From: an uncultured Candidatus Saccharibacteria bacterium
GTDB lineage: Bacteria > Patescibacteriota > UBA1384 > JAGGWG01 > CAZAJM01
DNA: 64,000 nt
Direction of reading: 5' to 3'
Assembly: GCA_964485625.1 (NCBI GenBank)
Contig: CAZAJM010000004.1
Coordinates: 3,349 to 67,348, forward strand
The notes under the pieces are model-generated. The model ran no database searches and had not been told where the DNA came from. It saw nothing but the letters and a program-made list of their open reading frames with translations. This document shows, piece by piece, positions 8,858 to 17,044 of this stretch. The number at the start of each line of letters is the position of its first letter. The stretch's first letter is position 1. Both the position numbers and the translations under genes were made by a program.

Positions 8858-9031
8858 TCTTTTTCACGACATTTTGGTGCGGCTTTGGACTGTTTGGTCC
8901 GTTTGACATCAGCCCTGAGCCGCACCTTTTCTATAATCAAAAAGTTATCCATTTTTATCCACACTTTTGGCTAGTTGACATCTGTGTGGGTGTGCTATAC
9001 TAGTTAGTGCCAGTAGGGAAAGCTGGTTAGT

Positions 9032-10228
9032 ATGAAACAAAAGGATAAACAAACCCTCTATATAAAAGGAGGGGCAAGACAATTAAAAGAGATAGCAAAG
9101 AAAGCACTTTTTGGAGTGTTGTTTTTATTTATGATCTTACTACCCGTGGTTGACGCCTCGGCTTCTCTGTTAGATGAAAAGCGGGCTGAACTAGACTCAA
9201 TTAGAGAAGATCTAGATGTCTATGAAGCAGAGGAGCAGCGATATGCCAGCGAGGCTAATACTCTAGAGAATAAGATTGCTGCTTTGAATACTGAGATTAA
9301 TAAGATTGAGTCAAAGATTGATTTAACGGAAGGTAAGATTGATGAGGCTCGGTTGAAGATAAATGAATTAAACGATCAGATTAAAGAGAAACAGAAAGAG
9401 CTTCTAGAGCAGAAAGAGATTTTAGGTCAGGCGATTAAATATATGTATGAGGAAGGAGAGACACCATTTGTGGAGACCCTATTCTCTTCAGATACTTTCT
9501 CCCAAATTTTAGATCGTACGGAATATTTAAATACTGCCCAGATGAAAGTAGAGAAGGCGATGGGAGAGATCGATGCTATTAAGCAACAGCTTAAAGATAA
9601 AAGAAAAGAACAGAGAGAGAAGAAGAGAGAGCAACAGAAGTTGCGGAAAGAACTTCAAGGTGAGAGAAATAACTTAAGTAACGCTATTAGCTCAAAGCAA
9701 TACATTTTAAATCAAACCAAGGAGAAGGAATCTAAATATCAGGCCCTAGTAGCTAAGATGCAGAGAGCAGAAGAGGCAGCTCAAGCCGAAGTTAACAGAA
9801 TTTTATCGAGCGTTGGTAGCGGCAGTTACGTCAGCCATGGCCATGTAAACAGGGGAGATATTGTTGGCTATATGGGTAGTACTGGTAATTCTACCGGTGT
9901 TCACCTCCATTTTGAGGTTAGATTAAATACTTCATTTTTCTCTCATACTAATCCTCAACCATATATTAATAATGGCACTTTCATGAGACCGGTGCCCGGG
10001 CCGATTACCCAGCCTTACGGCTATACTAGTTTTGCCCGTCAGGGTTGGTATGGTGGAGGGCCTCATATGGGCATAGATTATGGCGCATATAATTGGGGAG
10101 CTAACAACCCAATCCATGCTGCCGGTAGTGGAGAGATAATATTTAGAGGTTGGCTAGGCGGTTATGGCAATGCAGTGATGATTCTTCATCCGAGTGGTTT
10201 AGTTACTCTTTATGGGCATATGCAGTAA
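9032..10228 (+). CDS. EnvC-like coiled-coil M23 peptidase, paralogue B, with permuted order of M23 motifs
   Basis: 398 aa with signal/TM and coiled-coil. YEEGETPFVETLFSSDTFSQILDRTEYL parallels YEEQDQPLLYQLFSFDTFSRILDRQEYI in paralogue A. The M23 C-half motif GSTGNSTGVHLHFEV precedes the N-half motif PHMGIDYGA ... TLYGHM. Confidence 0.75.
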   Translation: MKQKDKQTLYIKGGARQLKEIAKKALFGVLFLFMILLPVVDASASLLDEKRAELDSIREDLDVYEAEEQRYASEANTLENKIAALNTEINKIESKIDLTEGKIDEARLKINELNDQIKEKQKELLEQKEILGQAIKYMYEEGETPFVETLFSSDTFSQILDRTEYLNTAQMKVEKAMGEIDAIKQQLKDKRKEQREKKREQQKLRKELQGERNNLSNAISSKQYILNQTKEKESKYQALVAKMQRAEEAAQAEVNRILSSVGSGSYVSHGHVNRGDIVGYMGSTGNSTGVHLHFEVRLNTSFFSHTNPQPYINNGTFMRPVPGPITQPYGYTSFARQGWYGGGPHMGIDYGAYNWGANNPIHAAGSGEIIFRGWLGGYGNAVMILHPSGLVTLYGHMQ

Positions 10229-10323
10229 GTGTTTATCCTCTTCAGATAAGTCTGTTGGAGAGTTCATTTCCCAGAAAGACTTCGCTTGCTAAGAGCGGAG
10301 TTTTTCTTTAAGCTTTTAGTTAT

Positions 10324-11763
10324 ATGAGTAGACGAAAAGTATTTCTAATAGGAATTGATGGTGGAGACTGGCAAGTTTTAGATCCTTTAATTAAGGCAGG
10401 TTATCTTAAAAACATTGCTAGGTTTAGGGACAAATATACCAGCGGAGTGCTTAACTCAACCATCCCTCCGGTGACTGCTCCTGCTTGGAGTAGTGTTTTA
10501 ACCGGAGTTGATCCCGGCAAGCATGGGATCTTTTTCTGGCAGAGTCGTTGGAGAGAGAATAGTTCTAGAAGAATATTGACCAATAGAGATATTAAGGTGC
10601 CTCAGATCCCGGATGTTTTAAGTGGTAGGGGAGTTAGTATCGGTATGATGAATGTTCCTTTCAGTTTCCCGGTTAGGAAGGTTAAGGGGTTTATGGTTTC
10701 GGGTATGCTTAATAAGGAGATTGATTCTCGGAGCTGTTATCCGACTGAGAATATTGATTACCTTAAATCAATTGATTACCAGGTAGATTTGTCAACAGAG
10801 ACCAGTGAGTTTAACTATAGTCGATACTATAGGTACTATGACAAATGGCAGGAGATAGTTAGAAAGAGAGGAGAGGCTTTTATACACCTATATCACAAAC
10901 ATAATCAGCCTCAGTTTAATTTCATGGTTTTTGTCGCCCTAGACAGGATCTTGCATGGCCTTATGGGGCTACTAGTTAAAGGCTCTAGTGATTATGACAG
11001 ATTGAGTAGTAATGAGCAGAAGCTATTTGATTTGATTATTGATATTTTAGAAGAACTTGATAAACAGGTTGGCAAAATTATTGAACTTGCAAGTAAGGAA
11101 GATTTAGTAATGATAATTTCTGATCATGGTTTTGCCCAGACTAAAGCGGTGGTAAATATTAACAAACATCTTTTTCAAGAGGGTTTTATTAAGCCCAAAA
11201 GCAAAGCCTATTTAACAAGCCTTCTTTGGAAACTATCTAAAGGATTTTCTCTAAATGAGTTAACCAAAAGAAAATTAAAACAATCTCTAGGTCTAACTCG
11301 GGGCTCTGTGGTTAAGTCTCATCAGACGTTTGTAGATTTTTCCGATCTGGTTGATACCATGCAGAGTGCTGCTTTGGCTGCTCAGGGAGGTGAGTTTGGT
11401 ATCTACCTTCTTGATAAGAGTAAAAGAGAACAGGTTGTTGAGAGTTTGGCTAAGTTAAGAAACAATGAAGGTAAAAATATTTTTAAGAAGGTTGGTAGTA
11501 GAGAAGATTTCTTGAAAGGAGATCAGTTAGAAAAATTTCCTGAAATTATGTTCTTGCCCAATGAGGGTTTTGAGGTGGCCGGCTTAGCTTCGTATATTAG
11601 CGAGTTATTTAGAGAGCCAAAAAATGACTATCGAGGTTGGCATAGAAGAGAAGGGGTCTACATCATTAATCAACCATTAGACGGTAATTTGGTTGACTTG
11701 GTTGATATTGCTCCTAGTATCTATAGTTTTTTAGGAATAGATAATAGGCATTTGGGAGGATAA
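10324..11763 (+). CDS. Alkaline-phosphatase-superfamily enzyme (type I phosphodiesterase / nucleotide pyrophosphatase family)
   Basis: 479 aa. N-terminal IGIDGGDW and NSTIPPVTAPAWSSVLTG, a Thr-nucleophile motif typical of PF01663-like enzymes. Confidence 0.6.
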   Translation: MSRRKVFLIGIDGGDWQVLDPLIKAGYLKNIARFRDKYTSGVLNSTIPPVTAPAWSSVLTGVDPGKHGIFFWQSRWRENSSRRILTNRDIKVPQIPDVLSGRGVSIGMMNVPFSFPVRKVKGFMVSGMLNKEIDSRSCYPTENIDYLKSIDYQVDLSTETSEFNYSRYYRYYDKWQEIVRKRGEAFIHLYHKHNQPQFNFMVFVALDRILHGLMGLLVKGSSDYDRLSSNEQKLFDLIIDILEELDKQVGKIIELASKEDLVMIISDHGFAQTKAVVNINKHLFQEGFIKPKSKAYLTSLLWKLSKGFSLNELTKRKLKQSLGLTRGSVVKSHQTFVDFSDLVDTMQSAALAAQGGEFGIYLLDKSKREQVVESLAKLRNNEGKNIFKKVGSREDFLKGDQLEKFPEIMFLPNEGFEVAGLASYISELFREPKNDYRGWHRREGVYIINQPLDGNLVDLVDIAPSIYSFLGIDNRHLGG

Positions 11764-11827
11764 TTATTTTTGTGAAGAGTATTTTAATTGGTTGGAAATA
11801 AGTAAGTTTTCTTGATAGAATTAGCTT

Positions 11828-12424
11828 ATGAGTAGAAATTATCACATTTGGCGTAAAATTGTTTCCTTTTTACTAATACTCTTTTTAGTAGAGGGATCAA
11901 TACTATTAGTTGATTATTTTAGAAGCCCAAAGTACAGTTCTCAAGCAAAATATATTGTAGTAATCGATCAGGACAAGAGAAATGATAGTGTAGCTAGTAT
12001 TAATGATACTTCTCAGGCAGCGAGCCATTTTGCTGAACTTACTGCTCAGATTATTAATACCTCTTCATTTGTTAAGGATACCTATCGTCGCTCAGGGATG
12101 ATCTACACTCAAGAAGAAATCTATGAGAATAGAGATAGTGTTAAGGCAGAGGTTATCAAAGACACTGAGATAGTTGAATTAGAAGTAATAGATGAGACGC
12201 CGAGAAAGTCCAAGCTTCTAGCTCAAGCTGTTTTTGATCAGTTAGAAGAAGAAATTTCGGGTGATAAATGGAAGGATAGGTCCTTTAGTATTGAGTTGAT
12301 AGACTCGCCTTCTGAGCCGATAGAACCTGTTAGCCCTCAAGTCGGCAGAGACTTGATAATCGGTCTGGTCTCGGTTCTAATACTAACTAGTTTCTATTAT
12401 CTTGTTTGGTCTGATAGAAATTGA
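11828..12424 (+). CDS. Polysaccharide chain-length determinant (Wzz/PCP-like), short form
   Basis: 198 aa. N-terminal TM, soluble domain, then a proline-rich segment (SPSEPIEPVSPQ) followed by a C-terminal TM with LIIGLVSVL, as in PCP proteins. Confidence 0.5.
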   Translation: MSRNYHIWRKIVSFLLILFLVEGSILLVDYFRSPKYSSQAKYIVVIDQDKRNDSVASINDTSQAASHFAELTAQIINTSSFVKDTYRRSGMIYTQEEIYENRDSVKAEVIKDTEIVELEVIDETPRKSKLLAQAVFDQLEEEISGDKWKDRSFSIELIDSPSEPIEPVSPQVGRDLIIGLVSVLILTSFYYLVWSDRN

Positions 12425-13669
12425 TTGATCGGCATGAGAAACAAACAAACTTTAATACTAGTGCTAATTTTGACATTTTCTGCTTTTATTTTCTTTTGGT
12501 CACTTGCTTTTGTTCCAAAAATTTTAAGTTTTACAAATTCAGATTTTGATTATCTCTCAGTTTTTTTTAACTATCAACCTTCTTTTGAAGCCTCAATATA
12601 TTATCTTCTTGGTTTGGCAGTTATCTTAGCGTCTATGGTTATTGGGTATCTTTCAGTTACTAGAATTAAAATGGCTAGAGAAAAGCTTTTTGGTTCTGTA
12701 AAAGTGAAAGAAAGCTGGTTATGGATTGGATATTTTATTACCTTGTTGTTTGGTTTAGCTGCTTATCTACAAGTTGGTGGTTTACCACTATTTGAAATGC
12801 CTTTGAGATGGGAGACTGATCCGAAGTTTATGTTCGTTACATTTTGGCAGTTCTTTTTTCTTTCCGCCTTATTGATCTTTCGTTTTAGAAACAAGAAACC
12901 AATCATGCCAATATTTATTGTTTTCTTTTTTTCGTTAATTTTTATTGCAATTATGGGTGGAGCCAGACATTATCTCGTAAGAGCGACTTTGTTGATTTCA
13001 ATATCAGCATTGTTTGTTTCAAAGAGTTTATTTAGAAAAACGTTTATAGTTTTTATAACTGTAATTATATTGACATATGCGTTTGTTGGGGTTATTTCCA
13101 AGTCAGTTATTAGTAATCAAGAGACCGATAATTATAATGACACTGCCGTCAAGCTATTAACTAATGACTCTTCTGCTTCTTTTTGGTATCTGGATCAGAT
13201 AATTGATCAAAGTAAAAAAAATGGTTTCATGGGTGGGCGGATATTCACTGAAAGTTTACTTAGTGTTATCCCGGGTACAGAATCTGTTTATGGCAACACT
13301 TATGTTTACGATTATTTATTTAATCAAGAGAAGACTGAGAAGAGAATTATTGACGGTCAGGAGATAGAGGCCCCGGTATCTATCGCTTGTACATATTTTT
13401 CTATTCCATTTATGGATTTTGGTAGCTGGTCTTTTCTGTTTTTTGGTTTGGTCGGCTTGGTAGCTGGGGCAATGATCTATATGGCTTTTTTCCGTTGGTG
13501 GTTTATACCTTTTGTTAGTTTGTATTCAACTGAATTAATATATGGTATCTACGGAGGTTTTTACGGACCAAATTTTATTATTATATATATTATCAATTTG
13601 CTTATTTTGGTTTTAGCTTTAATTTATATTATTAATTATAATCAGCGAACAAAAGTTGGTTTAGCTTAG
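12425..13669 (+). CDS. Polytopic membrane protein, O-antigen polymerase (Wzy)-like
   Basis: 414 aa, ~10 predicted TM helices, large external loop. Position inside a glycan locus supports the call. Confidence 0.45.
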   Translation: MIGMRNKQTLILVLILTFSAFIFFWSLAFVPKILSFTNSDFDYLSVFFNYQPSFEASIYYLLGLAVILASMVIGYLSVTRIKMAREKLFGSVKVKESWLWIGYFITLLFGLAAYLQVGGLPLFEMPLRWETDPKFMFVTFWQFFFLSALLIFRFRNKKPIMPIFIVFFFSLIFIAIMGGARHYLVRATLLISISALFVSKSLFRKTFIVFITVIILTYAFVGVISKSVISNQETDNYNDTAVKLLTNDSSASFWYLDQIIDQSKKNGFMGGRIFTESLLSVIPGTESVYGNTYVYDYLFNQEKTEKRIIDGQEIEAPVSIACTYFSIPFMDFGSWSFLFFGLVGLVAGAMIYMAFFRWWFIPFVSLYSTELIYGIYGGFYGPNFIIIYIINLLILVLALIYIINYNQRTKVGLA

Positions 13670-13684
13670 TACTTCTTTTAGCTT

Positions 13685-14731
13685 ATGAATAAAATATTTT
13701 TTATAACAAATTATTTAGGTAGATCTGATAAATCAAAAACCTATTCTTCTAGAATTAGGATTATTAATAACTCTAAGTATAAATTTTTAATTCTCTCAAA
13801 TAGAAAAATCAATAACCCGTTCATCAAATTTATTAATTATCTATCACTATGTTTAATAATATTACTAGGCGTTTTCAAAGATTTTAATTTAATAGAGTTA
13901 CACTATATTAACCCTCTAGGACCTTTGGCAGTTATTGTCAAAAAAATATCCGGAAAACCTCTTTTGCTTTTTATTCAAGGTAGTGATTTAGAGCTTCTTC
14001 CAGAAAAGTATTGGTTCTTTAGAAAGTTGACTCAATATACCCTTAAAAATGCCGATAGAATAATTGTTCTTTCAAAACAACACAGGAACAAGTTGGTTGA
14101 TAGTTATAAAGTTGATAAAGATAAAATTGTTTTATGTAAATTTGGACCGCTAGTTGAGGACTTAGTAAGAGTGGAAGGATTAAAACAAGAAAGTAATAAA
14201 AAGAAATTGATTTTTGTTGGCAGCAATTACATAAAAGGAGGAAAGGTCTTTATTGAATCATTTAGATACTTGCCAGGCAACTATTCTGGAGTAATGGTTA
14301 TTGCTGATAGAAAGTATCGGCAAAATATGGAGAAGATAATCAATGGTTTTGGTTTAAAAGGGAGAATAAAGATGTTTTCTGAGATGGAACATCGTCAACT
14401 AGTCGAAGAGATTAGCAAGTCTGATATTACCGTTATCCCTTCAAAGTGGGAGACCCTTTGTTTGGTTGGTCTGGAGTCCTTGACGATTGGTCGGCCGATA
14501 GTTGGGACAAAAGTAGGAAGGATAGCTGAGTATCTAAAGCCAGGTAGGAATGGGGAGTTTATCAAGCGGGAACCAAGAGATATTGCAAACAAAGTAGGGA
14601 AGATTGTTAGTGATTATTCAATTTATCAAGACTATCTTCAAAAAAACTCAAAGAGGTTGTTAGAAGAGTATAACTTTGATAGTTTTAGTAATAGGTTAGA
14701 TGAGATAAGAGGTGAATTAATGCATAAGTAG
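13685..14731 (+). CDS. Glycosyltransferase family 1 (GT4-type)
   Basis: 348 aa. C-terminal EXFG-like motif region (GLESLTIGRPIVGTKVGRIAEYL) typical of GT-B group 1 enzymes. Confidence 0.7.
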   Translation: MNKIFFITNYLGRSDKSKTYSSRIRIINNSKYKFLILSNRKINNPFIKFINYLSLCLIILLGVFKDFNLIELHYINPLGPLAVIVKKISGKPLLLFIQGSDLELLPEKYWFFRKLTQYTLKNADRIIVLSKQHRNKLVDSYKVDKDKIVLCKFGPLVEDLVRVEGLKQESNKKKLIFVGSNYIKGGKVFIESFRYLPGNYSGVMVIADRKYRQNMEKIINGFGLKGRIKMFSEMEHRQLVEEISKSDITVIPSKWETLCLVGLESLTIGRPIVGTKVGRIAEYLKPGRNGEFIKREPRDIANKVGKIVSDYSIYQDYLQKNSKRLLEEYNFDSFSNRLDEIRGELMHK

Positions 14732-14734
14732 TCT

Positions 14735-15154
14735 ATGATCAAGATTATTATTAGAATTTATCGAATAATTTTACTGCCATTTTGCTGGTTTGCTCCAGCT
14801 AGCTTTCTAAGAGTGTTTTTTCATCGCTTAAGGGGAGTAAATATTGGCAAAGGAGTCGAGATTGGGTATTTTGTTATTATCGATAATCTAATGCCCGAGA
14901 AGGTATTTATTGGTGATGGCAGTGTAGTGGCTCCCAGAGTAACAATCTTAGCGCATGATGACACCTATGGTAGGAGCGGCAGAGTTAAGAGTGGTGTTAG
15001 TATTGGTAGAGATGTATTTATTGGCACAAACAGCGTTATTCTGCCGGGAGTTGAGATTGGGCAAGGTGCTAAGATTGGTGCCTGTAGTTTGGTTAACAAG
15101 TCAGTCGGTGTAGGTGAGGTTGTTGGAGGAGTGCCCGCAAGAAAGCTAAAGTAA
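14735..15154 (+). CDS. Hexapeptide-repeat (left-handed beta-helix) acetyltransferase
   Basis: 139 aa with tandem [LIV]G-x4 hexapeptides (IGKGVEIG, IGDGSVVA, IGRDVFIGTNSVILPGVEIGQGAKIGACS). Confidence 0.8.
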   Translation: MIKIIIRIYRIILLPFCWFAPASFLRVFFHRLRGVNIGKGVEIGYFVIIDNLMPEKVFIGDGSVVAPRVTILAHDDTYGRSGRVKSGVSIGRDVFIGTNSVILPGVEIGQGAKIGACSLVNKSVGVGEVVGGVPARKLK

Positions 15155-15160
15155 TTTAGG

Positions 15161-16960
15161 TTGTTGATGAAAAAGAAAATACTTTTATATGTAAAAAATG
15201 ACCCCTTTAAGGATAGCCGGGTTAATAAGATTACTAGGACTTTACTAAATAATAACTATCAAGTAGACCTTATTGGCGTTAATCGTAGTCAAGATAAACC
15301 ACCAAGTAAGTTTTTAGGTAGGGCAAACTATTATCCGGTGTATGTAAGTAAGGCAGGATCTTTGTTGGGAAAAATATTTGAGATTTGTTTCTTTGTTTTT
15401 GCTACAAGCATAAGGTCGATAATATTGACAATATTTAACAAATATAGCATAGTCTATATTAACAGCCCACCTGAATTTTTAATAATCCCGGCACTATTAG
15501 TTAAGATTCTATCTTTTAATCGGGTTAAAATTGTTTCTGATCTCCATGACTTAGGCCCTGAATTTTATCAGTCAAGATTTTCTAATCGAGGATTAATTTA
15601 CCGGATGATCTGTTGGTCTGAGTATTTATTGGTTCGTTTTTCTGATTCGATTATTGTAACCAATCAAAGCTATAGAGAGACTATTTTGGAAAGATATGGT
15701 TTTGTTGAAAAAGATAATGTGTATATTGTAAAAAACTATCCTAATATATCTGACTACAATATTTTTAGGAAAGCTAAATCTAAAGTAAAAAAACAAGATA
15801 AAAATGTTCTTCTTTATTTGGGCTCCATTAATCCTCAGGACGGAATAATTGGTGCCATAGATAGTGTTAAGAGCATTGTTAATGACAGGGAAAGAAAAGA
15901 TGTTGAGTGCTGGATCGTTGGTGAAGGGGAGGATTTAGAGAGGGCTAAAGATATGGTCGAAAGCCTGGGGCTGGCAGATAATTTTAGATTCTGGGGTGGG
16001 ATCTGGGATCGTAACCGATTAGCAGAAATTGTAAAATCGGCCGATATTTGTTTAGAGCCTGCCCCAAGTAATCCACTTAACTCAAAGTCAACTTTTATTA
16101 AAATATTTGAGTACATGCTAGCTGGTAAACCGATAGTGTCTTATGATCTAAAAGAGACTAGAGTTAGCGCTAAGGATGCCTCAATATATGTTGATCCAAA
16201 AGAGGAAGGCGATTTCTCAAAGGCGATTCTCAAACTTCTTAACAGCAACAACTTAGCTAAGCGTTTGGAGAAAAATTCTACTAAATTAAGCTCCGGATAT
16301 ATCTGGGAGTATGGCCCTGAAAAGAGACTATTAGAATCTTTAGAATCAATTGGAGGTTATAGAAGTAGTGTTTTGGGAAGAGATATCCTAATCCGTATTC
16401 TTGATATATTGATATCTTCCGTTCTTCTAACTGTTCTTCTACCTTTATTGTTATTAATAGCCTTAATTATTAAAATTAGCTCAAAAGGGCCGGCTATCTT
16501 TAAGCAAAGAAGAGTTGGTTTTAAAGAGAGAGATTTTTATATATATAAGTTTAGGACGATGGTAGATGGAGCTAGTGAGGAAGATGTTGAGATAGATCCT
16601 AAAAACCCTAATATCCAGATTGAAGATGACCCTAGAGTGACTAAGGTTGGTAGATTTTTGAGAAAGTATAGCCTAGATGAGCTGCCTCAGTTGATAAATG
16701 TAATAAAAGGAGAGATGAGCTTAGTTGGCCCTAGGCCCCTTGTTAGAAAAGAGGTAGACTACTTTTCTGATAGGTGGAAAGCTAGATTTCGGGTTAAGCC
16801 GGGCTTGACTGGATTAGCTCAGATTTCAGGTAGAAACAATCTAGATGTTAAAAAAGCGATTAGGTTAGACTTGAAAATGATCAATAATTTTAGTTTTAGC
16901 AAATATATAAGTATTCTAATAAGAACAGTTATGGAGGTTTTTTATGGTCGTGGTACTTAA
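15161..16960 (+). CDS. Fusion protein: N-terminal GT1 glycosyltransferase plus C-terminal bacterial sugar transferase (polyprenyl-phosphate hexose-1-phosphate transferase) domain
   Basis: 599 aa. The C-terminal 200 aa have one TM followed by KGPAIFKQRRVGFKERDFYIYKFRTM ... DELPQLINVIKGEMSLVGPRPL, the PF02397 catalytic signature. The N-terminal 380 aa look like GT-B. Confidence 0.75.
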   Translation: MLMKKKILLYVKNDPFKDSRVNKITRTLLNNNYQVDLIGVNRSQDKPPSKFLGRANYYPVYVSKAGSLLGKIFEICFFVFATSIRSIILTIFNKYSIVYINSPPEFLIIPALLVKILSFNRVKIVSDLHDLGPEFYQSRFSNRGLIYRMICWSEYLLVRFSDSIIVTNQSYRETILERYGFVEKDNVYIVKNYPNISDYNIFRKAKSKVKKQDKNVLLYLGSINPQDGIIGAIDSVKSIVNDRERKDVECWIVGEGEDLERAKDMVESLGLADNFRFWGGIWDRNRLAEIVKSADICLEPAPSNPLNSKSTFIKIFEYMLAGKPIVSYDLKETRVSAKDASIYVDPKEEGDFSKAILKLLNSNNLAKRLEKNSTKLSSGYIWEYGPEKRLLESLESIGGYRSSVLGRDILIRILDILISSVLLTVLLPLLLLIALIIKISSKGPAIFKQRRVGFKERDFYIYKFRTMVDGASEEDVEIDPKNPNIQIEDDPRVTKVGRFLRKYSLDELPQLINVIKGEMSLVGPRPLVRKEVDYFSDRWKARFRVKPGLTGLAQISGRNNLDVKKAIRLDLKMINNFSFSKYISILIRTVMEVFYGRGT

Positions 16961-17044
16961 TACCGAAGAATAAGCTCAGAGACATATTAGACACTAATAG
17001 TTGATTTTTCTTATCTCTTTCAGGTATAGTATATGTAATAAACC

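Noticed and set aside
8333-8906. Three overlapping alternative-frame ORFs (8333-8668 minus, 8406-8636 plus, 8637-8906 plus) and 8800-9003 plus
   Set aside because: They are by-products of the high GC content of the acquired lipoprotein gene. Only the 8390-8857 frame has a signal peptide, a lipobox, an RBS and a promoter.
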